In this document: positions 1-13,165 of the stretch, piece by piece
How positions within the stretch are numbered: position 1 is the first letter of the stretch
Layout: each line of letters begins with the position of its first letter
Assembly: GCF_032191835.1 (NCBI RefSeq)
Contig: NC_083224.1
Coordinates: 32,736,001-32,800,000 of the forward strand
Origin: Heteronotia binoei
Lineage: Eukaryota
Direction of reading: 5' to 3'
DNA length: 64,000 nucleotides
Notes under the pieces: generated by a model
The model's input: the letters and a program-made list of their open reading frames with translations, nothing else
Databases searched by the model: none
What the model was told of the DNA's origin: nothing
Made by a program: the position numbers and the translations under genes

Positions 1-1443
1 ATTGGGTGTGGTAATACGCCCTTGGAAGGTTTTGTGAGTGCTTGTATGTGCTTTTGAATAATTTCTTGTTGGTGAGTTATTTTACTTATGGCTTTGTTAA
101 AACTTTGTGGTATAGATTGATGCTGTAAAGAATAAAAATTATGGTATGTTGTTTGTCACACAGTAAAATTGTCAGAAGAACTTCTATCTCCCCTCTTTGA
201 CAAAAGCAATAGAAACGGCGCTGTAAGTGTCAGCCGGCTTCGGGTTCCGTCGGAGGTGGACCTGTGGAGTCTTCAAAGAATGAACTGTTACTACTTACTA
301 TACTTTTACTACTTACTATACAAGCACCTTTTGCACTCAGCACTTTATTCATGAGAAATATATTCTCCAGGAGTTTTGCATGTGCTCAGTTTGTGTGTAT
401 GAATTACTGACTTTACTGTAATAATGTCAACGTGTTTGTGATTGATATCAGCATACTCATGGTATTTTTGATAAATTTGTATTAATTTAATTAATGATTT
501 CTTCATTATTGGATCACGCTATTTGTTTGGTTTGCTGAATTATGAAGTAAGCAGAATGACAAGTGGAGTCCAGCCACCGCCAAACGTACTTGCATTGGGT
601 GAAGATGTTCCCCAAAAGTTATGTGAATTCCCTCTTTCCTGAATGCAGCTTTCGATTCCCCCTAAAATACCTCTTTCCAATAGCTTGGTGAGCTGACCGC
701 ACACAAGACCATCTTCACAGTATTAGCTTCTTAAAAGGATCACTTATCAGCACAACAGGCTTCCAAGAAATCAATAGGGTTTGTTGATCTCCTGTGCTAG
801 CAATTAAATAGTGCTTCCTTCTTGTAGCTGGCAAAGATCAAACTTTGACGCTCAGAAGTGAGACCATTAAACTTTTCTAATTTACAGCACAGGCAACTTT
901 TTTTCTTTTTTCTTTTTTTTAAAAACCCAAACCTCTAATGGTACTTCTTCATTGGTTCTATGTTTAAACTAGTTGCAAAGCTTAAAAGGAAAGGAGGGGG
1001 AGGAGGAGGAAATGGAATGAAGGATAGTTCTAAAATTAGCCCATGCTTATTAACCTGTCTCAGATATGGGTAGCTATGATTTAATCAAGGGATTTATCTG
1101 AAAATTCATGTTTACTTGAAATCTTGCATGTGTGGATGTAACTTCACTAGCTACCAGCTGGTGCGGGGCTTAATTCAAAATCTGTTTTTAACCTTTAAAT
1201 CCCTAAAATGTCAAACACTGGAGTCAAGGACTCCTTACTCCCCTAAGAGCTTGCCCAGGTTTCAAGATCATATGCTGAGTTTCCATTACAGGTTCTACTG
1301 ATAAAATGAAGGGTTTAGTTAAATGCCAAATGGTGACGTTTTTTTAAAACAGTTGTTTGCTGTTGTTTAAATATAACACTAGTGTTGCCAAGCTAAGCCT
1401 GGAAACCAGAGGGAGCACTGGGGGGTGGAGACATGGGTGTGTG

Positions 1444-1625
1444 CAGGGCTTTTTTTGTAGCAGGAACGCCTTTGAATATTAGGCCACACACCCCTGCTGT
1501 AGCCAATCCTCCAAGAGCTTACAGGGCTCTTAGTACAGGGCCTATTGTAAGCTCCAGGAGGACTGGCTACATCAAGAGTGTGTGGCCTAATATGCAAAGA
1601 AGTTCCTGCTACAAAAAAAGCCCTG
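1444..1625. mobile_element. Non-autonomous hAT-type MITE (CAGGG TIR)
   Basis: TIRs cagggctttttttgtagcaggaac / gttcctgctacaaaaaaagccctg, internally palindromic; flanks ggtgtgtg / tgtgtgtg (7/8 match, 8-bp TSD). Confidence 0.8.
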
Positions 1626-2483
1626 TGTGTGTGATATCAGCAATATTACTATTTCACTTCCGCGTACAACCTGAATGTGGCAAGTAGTAGCTCTTGGAAT
1701 CACCAGAGACTCTATGGAAAAATCATGACATGGAGGCCAGCAGTGATTTCCCTCCCTTAATTTTTTGGCAGCCCTGTATAATACTTATTGTCAAACACCT
1801 CTTTCCCTCCCATAACCCCAGCAGTAACATTTAAAAAGGAACGGGAGGGTGGGGGGGGATCGAGAGGTGAGATTATATTGAAAGGGAAGTCATTACTGCT
1901 TGCTTTGCCTATGATTGGTCTGGTTGGTAAACTGTGCTCCTGATTGTTGGAAGTTTATAAGTTTGAGTCTGGGAAGGAGTTGGTTAGAATCAGTTGGAGG
2001 GGAAGGTGGGCATAGTAGAAAGAAGGCCGTGGTTGCAACATGGTTAAGAAAACACTTGGAAAGACTCTACTAGCAGAAGATTGAAGGGATGTATATGTGA
2101 TGGGTACAAATATAGCTAGCAGAGAGGTTACTAATACCATAGAGGTTACTATATCTAAACATTATACATGGACAGTAGGGTTGCAGTTCTCTTATATTAT
2201 TTTTCCTTGCACTGTGCGCTTCCTTAAAATGTGTTTTATTATTTAAATATTTTATTTTATTTTAGCTAATTTATATTCTGGCCTTTCCTGTGAACAGGTT
2301 CAGGGCGGAGCACAACATTTAAAACATTAAAACAATTCAGCAATAAATAATTAAAAACCTTTAGAACTACAGATCCGTCAATAAATCTTCATAAAATCAT
2401 TATCTGAATAATTCCCTGTGTCTGGAACTCAGTCATATTACCTAACACACGTTGTATTAATAGAGAGAGCCAGTTTGTATTAA

Positions 2484-2751
2484 GAGAGCCAGTTTGGTGT
2501 AGTGGTTAAGTGCGTGGACTCTTATCTGGGAGAACTGGGTTTGATTCCCCATTCCTCCACTTGCAACTGCTGGAATGGCCTTGGGTTAGCAGAGGTTCTC
2601 CTTGAAAGGGCAGCTGCTGCAAGAGCCCTCTCAGCCCCACCCACCTCACAGGGTGTCTGTTGTGGGGGGAGAAGATATAGGAGATTGTAAGCCGCTCTGA
2701 GTCTCTGATTCAGAGAGAAGGGCGGGGTATAAATCTGCAATTATTCTTCTT
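2484..2751 (+). mobile_element. tRNA-derived SINE, Squam3-like (gecko type)
   Basis: Head gagagccagtttggtgtagtggttaag with A box and ggtttgattcccc B box, CORE-like body, (ttc)n tail; the same family recurs about 8 times in the window. Confidence 0.8.
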
Positions 2752-3136
2752 CCCTAAGGTATATTATTTTCCCTAAGGTATAGCTGAGTGAAAATGTAAA
2801 AGGAACCTTTTATATTTCATCCCTTTCCATTCTTCCAGCTTCCACCACTGCTTGATGCAGCACTGGGAACAAAACTGGGGACAGATGTTTTAGGAGTTCA
2901 CCCAGACTGTATGGTATTTACCTGAATGTGATAATTGGTGGATCTAGGAATCACCAGAGACTCTATGGTAAAATCAATGGTAAGAACCATAGAGATTGAG
3001 TGAATTCCTAAAGCATTGTCTGACACAATGCAGTCACTTCCAGGCCTTTACCCAGGAGTGACATAGCCTTTTGTGAGTAATGTTCCCCTTCCCCATGCCC
3101 TGCCCCTGAATCTTCTAGCATTTCCTTTAGATATAC

Positions 3137-3393
3137 CAGGGGTGGCCAAACTGTGGCTCGGGAGCCACATGTGGCTCTTTCACACATATTGTGTAGCTCT
3201 TGAAGCCCCCATTGCCCCATCAGCCAGCTTGCAGAAGATAACTGCATTAGAGAATGTATTTAAAGTTAAAGTTGCTTTCTTTCTACCTCTCCCTCCCTGC
3301 TTCCCCATCTATTTTCTTTCCTTCCTTGAGGCTTTCAAATGTCTGACATTTATTCTATATGGTTCTTATGTTAAGCAAGTTCGGCTACCCCTG
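3137..3393. mobile_element. hAT MITE with perfect 8-bp TSD
   Basis: TIRs caggggtggccaaact / agttcggctacccctg; TSD agatatac at 3129-3136 and 3394-3401. Confidence 0.85.
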
Positions 3394-4485
3394 AGATATA
3401 CTATGTGTCACAATTCCCACTTTCTGAAATGGATGAGGAGGCTAAAAGGCACCAGATTAGGAACTGCCTTCCCCAGGAACATCTGTCAGCTTCTTGTTTT
3501 CATCACAGAATAAGACCTACCTGGATGAGGCACAAAAGCACCCCTTGACCCCTTTGAGGGATCTTTGAGCTTATATATAGACAAGCAAACCTGGATGCAA
3601 TCCTTTGGAAAGGAAGAGAAGGCAGTTCTAATGTCAAAGGTTCCACATCATTAACCACAAGGTGTAGGTGAAATGACATGAAAGAGATCATTTTTGCTTG
3701 TAGTTCACAATTAAACGGTTCACCTTATAAGCAGCAGAGAACAACCAGCTGGAACTAGGCCAACACAGATTTGCTTTTGGAAAGAGGATTAGCTATGCCT
3801 TACACGTGAAAAAGGATAAATTGAGGCAGAAGACAAAAAAGAAATGGAGGAAAGTGAAGAAAGGGAGAGAACTAGGGATGGGAGAGAATAACATTGTAGA
3901 GGTCAGGGCTTAACCAGGGCAAGGGATGGCTAGTAGAAGGTCTGAAGGGAGAAAGAGTTGTTCTGACATGGTTAATTTAAAGGGGGGGGGGGATGAAACT
4001 GCACCAAGACAGACAGAGAGGAGAGGACTAGGACTGGCTGGAATCGTGAACCCCAGGGAATTGAGGGGGGGGGGGTATAACAGTGACTACGGTTGCTAGA
4101 CTCTAGGTGTACCTGGAGATCTCCCAGAATTACAACTGGTCTCCAGGTTAAAAAAAAAAAATCTGTTCCCATGGGGAAATAGCTACTTTGGAAGGTAGAC
4201 TATGGCATTGTACCCAACTAAGATCTCTTTTACCCAAACCCCGCCCTCCCTATTATCCACCCCCCCCCCCAAAAAAAAATTCCAGGAATTTCACAAATCG
4301 CAGCTGGCAACCCTAACAAAGGGGAAGAAAGGGCTTTACAGAGGGCTGTTCCATTGTGCTAGTGACATCTTTTGCTTTGGTACAAGCTGGCACTAGAGGC
4401 AGTTCCTCTAGGGAAAACTGACCTGGGCTGAGGGGTTCGAGGTCCCCTTTTCAACCCTGTTTTTACAGGCTTTCCATCACATAGC

Positions 4486-4622
4486 TCTTAGAAGGACAAC
4501 CTCTGCCAGAGCTATGGCTGACCCAAGACCATGCTAGCAGGTGCAAATGGAGGAGTGGGGAATCAAACCCGGCTCTCCCAGATAAGAGTCCGCACACTTA
4601 AGCACTACACCAAACTGGCTAG
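4486..4622 (-). mobile_element. Squam3-like SINE, 5' part
   Basis: Reverse complement of the Squam3 head (cacttaagcactacaccaaactggct). Confidence 0.75.
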
Positions 4623-4899
4623 CGGTTACACTTATAAGGATCACTCTGGGATTAACCACTCTGGGATTAACCTTCGACAGAAGATGGACCTCATGTTATT
4701 CATTTCATCAAACAAAGTTATATATGCCATCAAGTTGCAACCATCTTGTGGCAAACCCAGGAAGGGGTTTTCAAGGCAAGTGAGAAGCAGAAGTGGTTTG
4801 CCATTGCCTTCTTCTGCAGAACCTTTGATTCTGAGATCTGACAAGATTGACTTATACCATGCCATCTTCCCTTGTACTGTCTGATTATCAAATTCTGGT

Positions 4900-5290
4900 A
4901 GAATAGGATTCTCCCCTCTTGAGTAGTTGACAGCAGGTTTTGATAGTCTACAGGCACAGGTCATCCTGGTTGATTGTTTTGTCCATCACAAAACAAGCTT
5001 CTGGTAAAGTTTCCACAATTCTTTGTCTGGGTTATGCCATGTATTTTTGTTCAATTTCACTTCTGCTTTTGCATACCAAACCATTGACTTACCAATAAGA
5101 AGTCTACCTTGTTCTATTCTTATGCTTGTGTCTACCTTGACGCAAGGGAAGTCAACATATGTTGAATGACTGGTTTCTGTTAAAGACCTTCACATTTACC
5201 AAGGCCCTTGATAGCATGTGAATTTTTGAATTTTTTGTTTGCATCAATATGGGTTGATTTGTTGTATTTGCCAATATGTTCTCTTTTTTC
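4900..5290 (-). mobile_element. Old degenerate LINE RT fragment (RTE-like)
   Basis: Minus-strand translation gives broken RT C-terminal-like peptides (SIRIEQGR..., KLYQKLVL); heavily decayed. Confidence 0.3.
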
Positions 5291-7489
5291 GTTCAGAGAT
5301 TTCATTATGATGGTTTCAACTTTGATATAGGAAGTTTTCAAATAAATGAGTGGAGTGGAGGACTTTGAGGATAGCCAGAGACCAAAGTAGAACTTAGCAG
5401 ATAGAACTTCATGTTAGAGTGCTGGAACCCAAGCTTCAATCTTCTCCATCACTTCAAATAACTACTTAGACCCAGTGGAGGTTTCCATGGGCAACATGAT
5501 TTCTGCCTATAGAATATGACATTCCCACCTACCATCCCCTCCCCTCCCCTGAAGCGGTATTTCAAGTGACACAGAGCAGGACAGGGAGGTGAGAAAGTAC
5601 CACTCTATGGGCAGAAATTCATGGAAATGATCCAAGCTAGTGTGCTGACTGGTTCATTCCAAAGAATGAAAGTGCACTTGAAGATGTTGCATGATGGCCC
5701 ACATGTTTGAAACCTAGGATGTCAGCAGCCAGAGCTTGAGTTGCTTAATTTTTCTGCATTTGTCAAACATACAACAGTGAAAGGAGGCATAGAAGTATTG
5801 GCAATTCTACATGGACAGTATTTCGACTGCTAAGGAGTCGCGTGAGAATCCTGCGCATTTTCCATGAGAAAGATAAACACACATTAAATGAATGAAGGTA
5901 AGCCAAAAGCACTAACAGATGGGCAGTTGGGAGGACATGGGAGGTGTCCCAAATCTGGCAGGCTCAGAAAGAAGCATTCTATACAAGCCTTTGCCTGCAA
6001 GCCCTTCCCATCCCATCTGCGGGGCGACTTGGTGCAATCAGATGACTGTTGTGCACCATCCCTGTAGTTTGTTTTGGGTTTCTTTTTTCCATTCATTTAT
6101 TAGTTATGCACATGTGCACTCATGCCCCCATGCACCTATGTGCTTGAAATCAATTTTTTTGATGGCTGGTGGCTTGGCGGGTTCACACCTCGCTTCTGTG
6201 TCCAGATGCTGAAGAGGCGACTGATGTGCAGCTCAGATATTTGCTACCACTTCAAAAGTGGTAGCTTTCTGAGCCACTCTGAAGATGCCAGAGGATGGGG
6301 TGAGCACGGGATGGGGATGGGCTGCAGATGTGCTTGTTTGGACGGGTTTTTCTAGTTGGTTTCTGAGGCGTCTCTGGGTTGCCTCAGACTGCCGACTGCC
6401 TGTTAGTAAGCTTCCCTCATGTTACATTCCTGCATTTATAGCTGAATGTGTTTTTATCCAGGCTTTCTTGGTCTCCAGTTTCATTTGTTAAGTGTGTCCT
6501 CATTCTTTCTTACAAACAGGAATGTCAAAATACATGCTTGATGTACATGCGTTCACTGCAACTTTGTGAACTGTGTTTGTGCAACGGAAGGAGAGCATTG
6601 TTTGCTATTCCTTGAAAGCATGAATTGTTGGAGTTCCATTAATGGGTCTCCTGCTGTGCTTGTTGCTCCTCGAAGCAGCCAGAGCAGAAGGATGTAGTTC
6701 AGAGCTGTAGTTCTGTGGAAGTGGGAGTTGAACTCGTCTTTCCATGACATGTCAAATGTTTTTTTTTTTTTAAAAATAAATAATTTCTCCAGCCAAAACT
6801 TGGCCTCCAGCTGTCTTAGATCTGTTAACTGAAGTACAATACAGATGCCTGTCCTTTTTTCCCTCCTGCCGGCAATTTTTGATTAAGAAGCAGTGAGTAT
6901 GTGAGGGAAGGAGGAGAATGTGTTAATATCTTCCTTTCCCAGTGGTATGGCCCTGATTCAGTTTCTCCTTGGCTACCTTTTACCAGGGGGAACCATGTTA
7001 TGAAGCTCCAGTATCACACGAGTGTCTAGTTACATGAATGAAGTAGGAGTTTTCAGTTGCCCCCCTAGTCAGAATGATGAGGCAGAGACAGGTTGGAGTT
7101 AAGGGCCACTTTATTAACTTTAACACAATAGCAAGGGCTAACTCATCGGTCAAGTCAAGCCAGGGGACAGTCTCTTGTCTACCCCCTTGACCTGGTTATG
7201 GGTGAGCACCCAGCCCCAGAAATGAACCAATCTACTGGCTCATAACCGGCTGGCAGGGCCCAACTGATCCCCCCTTAATGGAGCACCACCCTCCCCCAAA
7301 CCGTACAGCCTGGTCAGTGGATTACTCCCATTGTGAGGGGATCCCTAGTTTACCTGGATTCAGATCCCAAGCAGTGAAACTTAATGGTCAAACCAGATAG
7401 ACCGTTACCATAAGGTGCGGTGCCCCAGATGCTCACCAACCCCCATGCCACCACCAGGCCCAAGCCTCTGTTTAGGCCCTTGTGCCCAT

Positions 7490-8045
7490 CTAACCTGCCA
7501 AAAGCTGACAGAGCCTTTGCCGCATGTCCTCTAAGAAAATTAGATTACCTTGTTCTGACAGATGTACCCCATCCTGCCTATACAAGTCCATTCGCCTGGC
7601 CCTAGACCCTTCTCGAGAGCCTTTTACAAGGCCCTATTAACTTTCTTATGGGTACGTTCCAGCCCAGCAGGATCCCAAGCCGCTCGCCATTCCCGGTGGG
7701 GCAGCATTGCAGACCACACAATGATGACACCAGGCCACCTCTTGCGGATCAGGCAAAGGTCGGCATGTGCCTGTAAGGAGAGAGCCTTGCTGTTCAACAA
7801 GCCCAGGTCATTGCCACCAAGGTGGATCAACAAGATGTGAGACGGAGAACCCTTCCTTCCCTCAAACAAAAGTGGCAGGAGTCCTGGCCATTGCATGCCA
7901 CATTGACCCTGCCACTCGATAACCGCCTTCTTGCTAAGGCCCAGCTGGAACCCCACCAGCATCCGATGGGCTTGATGGGCCACCCAAAAGATTATGCTGT
8001 GGCCGCAGATGAGGATTCTTCTCCTCCCAGCCTGTGCCACAGCAC
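7490..8045 (-). pseudogene. SGNH/GDSL hydrolase ORF of Ngaro copy 1
   Basis: ILICGHS (block I), IHLGGNDLG (block III) and, after a frameshift, DLYRQDGVHLSEQG (block V DxxH) ending at a stop near 7490. Confidence 0.85.
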
Positions 8046-8075
8046 CTGTAAAAGAGAATCATTAAACTTTTCTGA
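8046..8075 (-). promoter_or_regulatory. Putative 3' splice acceptor in front of hydrolase (copy 1)
   Basis: Minus strand tttaatgattctcttttacag|GTGCTGTGGC; identical junction context in copy 2. Confidence 0.6.
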
Positions 8076-8157
8076 ACATGCAAAACACAACTTTATAACT
8101 GACTGGAGCAACTATCGTCTGAAAAGAGGGGGGTGGTGGAGGTGAGCTGACCCCTCA

Positions 8158-9070
8158 TCAGGGAGCTGCCAGAGGTTGGACGTAGCTCTTAAAGGCCCCA
8201 GACCTCCATTGCCCTAAACGGTGGATATCGTTGCTCCGTACCCCAGAGCAGCTGCTGTGAATGCCGCCCCAATCCTGAATGAATGCATGCCAAACTTTAT
8301 GTTACCTAGGCCTATTTTTGTTAGTGCATGGCCCATAATGGTCCAAAACTGAAACTTAGTCAAGGGTGCCCTGTCTGCATGCTGGAACAACGGACCCTCG
8401 CTACTGCCCCGCAATCCCAAATAGTGGGAAAGGGCAGAAGCCGGGCATAGCTCCCTGTTGGAGCAAGCGCCCAGTGTGACAACACTGCCGTGCTGCTTCT
8501 GGTCTGTTTTTGATCGCCAGACATGCAGTAACACCTGTTCATCCTTGAATTGCAAATCGCCTACCAACAGGGCCCAATCGTTCGTATCCTGGTGGGAACG
8601 TAGCACCAGTTCAGACACCCGCAATGCCCCATAAAAGGCTGTCAAGGCCGCTGCATGGAAAAGGGTCTCCTCATAAACTGATCCGCAGACCAAAGACCAC
8701 AAGCCATGAAGGCCCCTCAGGACTGACGGGGAAATGGGCTGCCTGTCATCTAACAGGCCTGCCTCCCGGGACCACCACTCTAACATTTTTTGTATTCGAA
8801 AGTCCTGGGTTTCGTCCCTGAACCCTTGTGTCTTGCTCATGTAGGCCAGGGCAGCTAACTGACCCCTAATGGTTTTTACTGACAGACCACGCACCTTCTG
8901 CCACATGCAAAATTGCATGAGAAGCTCCACTGGTATAGGCCAGCTATCAGCTAAACCCGCCTTCCCTCTAAAAACCGTGAATTGGCTTGTCGCATGGCCA
9001 TACGACCTTTGAGTGCTGGGCGCTATGACAAACTGGATTGCCCGGCTAGCCTCCTCCCTCCAAGTCACCA
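8158..9070 (-). pseudogene. Tyrosine recombinase of Ngaro copy 1
   Basis: GALRVSELV, RSKTDQ, HSFRIGAA; a frameshift near 8230 restores RLGQWRSGAFKSYV with the catalytic Tyr; stop at 8158-8160. Confidence 0.9.
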
Positions 9071-9089
9071 CAGATGCGTGGGGAGGCGT

Positions 9090-9357
9090 ACTGGCAGTGG
9101 GTGGGCCTTTGGGGCGAGTTGACGAAATCACTCGATCTGTTGGTGAGACAGAGCGTCCGCCATGCCATTACAAGCACCTGTAACATGCTTTGCGAGAAAT
9201 AATGCATTTAATTGCAAGCAATGCTCTAACCAAACCCATAACTTCGGGCGATCTAGAGGTCAGTTTGTTAATAACGTGTACAACAGCCATGTTGTCACAC
9301 CAGAAGTGTACCGTCTGATTGCTCATTGCCTGACCCCAAAGAAAAAGAGCCACCATC
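9090..9357 (-). pseudogene. RNase H C-terminal part of Ngaro copy 1
   Basis: VALFLWG...FWCDNMAVVHVIN, then in another frame KHVTGACNGMADALS (DIRS/Ngaro RNase H motifs). Confidence 0.85.
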
Positions 9358-11357
9358 CACCGCTTTCCTCACTGTTTATAATGACTCTTGAAATCTTATT
9401 GATGCAAATACAAGATGATGAAGAAATAGAAGGAACGAGAATTAAAGGATTTGCTTATAAATACAGAGCATTTGCAGACGATATAATGTTTATAAATGAA
9501 AATCCTACACAAGTAACAACTTTGTTGTTGGCTAAAATACAAAATTTTGGAGAATTGGCAGGATTTGATGTGAATAAAGAAAAATCAAAACTTTTATGTA
9601 AAAATATGCAAGTAAATAAACAAAAGGAGCTGCAAAGACTAACAGGATGTGAAGTTATTTCTAAAGTAAACTATTTGGGTGTGGAAATAACAATGAATAT
9701 TGACTTGTTTAAAAATAATTATGAAAAGTTATGGCGTAAAATGGATGAAGATATGATAAAGTGGAACAAGCTTAATTTGTCATTGCTTGGAAGAATAGCT
9801 GCAATTGAGATGAACATTTTGCCAAGAATAATATACTTATTCCAAACTATTCTGATTGTGAAAGACAGCAAACAGTTTAATAAATGGCAAAGGAAGATTT
9901 CAGAATTTGTAAGGGCTGGAAAGAAACCAAGGATCAAAATGAAAGTTTTAATAGATGCTAAAGAAAGAGGAGGATTCCAATTACCAGATTTAAGACTATA
10001 TCATGAAGCAGTTTGCTTAGTGTGGATAAAGGATTGGGTGACGCTATTGAATAAAAAACTTTTAATGTTGAAAGGTTATGGAAATAAATTCGGCTGGCAC
10101 GCTTATATGTACTATGGGAAGAAAAAGATGGATGGTCTTTTCTCTCACCATTACATAAGGAATAATTTGCCTAAGTATCTGGATAAAATATATGAAATAT
10201 GGTGATGAGAGAAAACCACTATGGATAGCGCCAGCAGAAGTAGTAAGAATAACAGCTGTTTCAGGAGAGGAAAAGTGGATGTCATACAATCAACTATTAA
10301 AAATACAAAGCAGTAAAATAGAATTGAAAACTGCTGAGGCATTGAACTATAAACATGACTGGTTTCAAATGCAACAAATAAAGAGCTTTGTGGAAAGTGA
10401 TCTCAAAACTGATGGAATAAGATGAGAACAAACAGAAATGGAAAAAGTTCTGCTTGGAGATAATGAAAAATTAATTTTGAAAATTTATAAGTTACTTTTA
10501 AAATGGTCTACAGAAGATGAAGTAGTGAAATCACAAATGATTAAGTGGGCAATTAATGTAAATAAAGAAATACAGATGGATACATGGGAATATTTGTGGA
10601 AGAATTCTATGAAACTCTCAACATGTCAGAATATCAAAGAGAACTGTTTTAAGATGATGTACAGATGGTATATACTCCTAAAAAGTTGGCAAAGATGAAA
10701 AATAAGATGTCAGATAGATGTTGGAAATGTAAAAAACTTGAAGGTTCTTTCTACCATATGTGGTGGACTTGTGAAAGAGCAAAAAAGTATTGGCAGATGA
10801 TTCAACAAGAGATTTCTAAGATCTTGGGTTATGAATTTAACAAAGTTGCAGAGACTTTTCTGTTGGGATTACAAATGGAAAAATTTCCAAAAGAAGATAG
10901 AATTTTAATCTGGTACTTGCTCTCAGCTGCTAGGACATTGTATGCGCAGTTGTGGAAGCAAGAAAAGATACCAGAGAAATGGGATTGGATTGTAAAAGTT
11001 ATGACATGGAGTGAAATGGACAAGTTAACAAGAACCTTAAGAGACTATGATTTGGAAGTATTTAAGATGGAGTGGAAAAAGTTCAGAAGTTACGTAGAAA
11101 AAGAGTGGAAAATAAAAGGACATTGGACAATTTTTGATAATGATTAAGTATAAGAGGGAGTAAGAGTTTAATTGTGGTTCCTAATTACTAAGGGTACCTT
11201 TAATATTAATATTTTAAATTTAGTACACTGGCGGGGGTCAAGTAACAGGGGGAGGGGTGGGTAAAAAGTAATATATGGGATAGAGGGGAAAAGTAGTTAT
11301 TAATGATGTAAGAAAATTGTCTATACTACCATATGTTATTAATAAATTGTTTGAAAC
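9358..11357 (+). mobile_element. 5'-truncated L1-clade LINE (ORF2 RT C-terminus, CCHC, 3' UTR) inserted antisense in Ngaro copy 1
   Basis: PLSSLFIMTLEIL, YRAFADDIMF, YLGVEI, KMNILPR-like motif, CWKCKKLEGSFYHMWWTC; AT-rich; ORF2 ends at 11147; AATAAA at 11341-11346. Confidence 0.9.
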
Positions 11358-11903
11358 CAGAAGGTCAAAATTCTCAGGGTAGACCGGGAGAAGGCGAAAT
11401 GCCGACTTTATGCTGGATTTCAGCATCTCGGCTCCACTGCCGTACACGCAGACAATGCGCACAGCCCGTTCAAAAGAGGTATATTTTACAGAGGCCAACT
11501 CCTCAGGTATGGCATCATTTACTGATTGCCCCCAAGGGTAGGAACAATGATGAAGCAGGCGGAATTCACCCGCCACCTTCTTGGGCACAACCCCCAAGAG
11601 GGACACCCGAAGGTTGGGGACCGGTGGGTCCTTGAATGGGCCCACCACCCACCCCTCAGCACATTCCTTCCTGATTTTCTCCTTAACAATGTGCTTCAAA
11701 CCTTTCACAGAATGCAAATTAGAACATAGAAATGAACTCTGGGGCCCGATAGGGAATCCTGAACCCGCTGGTAAACCCTTCCAGGAGATGCTGCCCTTCC
11801 ACCTGGTTGGGTTAGTCACGTACAAGTTCCTTAAGAACCAACAGATGTATGGGACTGGGGCCCATTTCCAGTCTGCTGTCCTGGCCCGCCCCCACCTGCT
11901 CAC
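11358..11903 (-). pseudogene. RT N-terminal part of Ngaro copy 1
   Basis: GFPIG...SNLHS...LGVVPKKVAGEFRLLHHCSYP...SVNDAIP...KSAFRLLPVYPENFDLL, cut at the L1 junction. Confidence 0.88.
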
Positions 11904-11949
11904 TTACTGACCCCCTTGTGCTTGGCATTGTTACAAGCCATAAAAGCGT

Positions 11950-13165
11950 GAGGGCCCCCACAGAGTGGATACTAATGCTTGTACTTGCACGTTTTTCAGG
12001 CACACGCTCCCTGGGAGGTGAACTCTCAACAAAGCAGTCATGGGTGACTGACTGCCCCGCAGGAGCATAGGTGCCGGTTGGGTTTGAAGCTTTGTGCACA
12101 ATGTGCCCACTAATCAATCCCCAATGTTTGCTTTGCGGGTGCCATGAGCTGCAGCCATAGCTGCTGATTAATTTGGTTCCAGGGAAGGCTGGGATTGACA
12201 GCTGCCCTCATCCTAAACTCCTCATCATACTGGAGACATGCCCCCTAATAAAATCAGTATACGCCCGGTAAATGATGTCACAATACTGAAACGGGGGGCA
12301 GCCCTCAATGTCTGTGTCTGAGCAATAACTCCAGCATAGATAAGGAATCCCGGTAGCCAGTTAGCCCAGGTCCTATCCAATTTCTGCCTCTTCAGCTTTT
12401 CTTTATTTTTCTCATCTAGCTCATCTTTGGTGCAGAGGAAATCCCCCAGCGCCCCACTGCACTGCCAGCCAAGCTGGAGGTGAAAAGGACGCCTGTTGCC
12501 AGATTCAAGGCCAGCCACCCTGTGTCTGTTGCATTGGCTGCCTGCCGCCACCCCACCTTGACCATACAGGGCCGTCAACATCTGACATGGGAACCAACTA
12601 CCCGATGGGTTCTCGATTGATATGGTGACCAGGTTGGGAAGTACTGAGCCAGTAGACTGGTGGCCCAGCCATGAACCCGACCCCCTGCTAACTGCCACGT
12701 TTGGGGTGGGAGACATTAAAGGTCCCTGGCTGCCCACACCTGCAACTGGTCCCCATGACTCCCAGGGCCATGCCAGCCTCTGTTGTTGCGGGAGCAATCT
12801 ACTGTCACCCTCCAAAGGCACCACCGCTACTGCCTCCAGCTCCTCCATCTGATCTTCCTCCAGTGGTTTAGCTGCATGACTCCGCTGCTGCCCTCTCCAG
12901 CCTCCTGTAAAGCAGAAAGACAGGCCAGCACCTCCTTTTGAAATGATACTGTAGCTGCATGCCCAGGGCCCATTATCCCACTCAACCAACGTTGATTGCC
13001 ACACACCCCTTGCTTCCTCCAGCGCCCCCAGCTGGTCCGAAAGGCCAATCTGATGAGCGCCTCATTTTCCTCTTCAGGCGGGGGCTGTGCAGGGTTGGGT
13101 CTTTTAACAGGTTTCTTAGCCAGCTGCTTTCCCTTGGGTGGGCCCTGACCCTTCTTTGGAGCCAT
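11950..13165 (-). pseudogene. Gag-like ORF of Ngaro copy 1
   Basis: MAPKKGQGPPKGKQ start; DRTWANWLPGFLIYAG; decayed zinc knuckle C*EFTSQGACA*KTCKYKH*YPLCGGPH matching copy 2. Confidence 0.8.

Noticed and set aside
8214-9131. Phage/bacterial integrase or contamination
   Set aside because: The YR sits between DIRS-type RNase H and hydrolase ORFs in an element embedded in vertebrate SINE/LINE context.
9162-10205. 347-aa ORF as a novel fusion protein
   Set aside because: The first ~65 aa are the antisense of Ngaro RNase H; the rest is truncated L1 ORF2. It is an accidental junction ORF.
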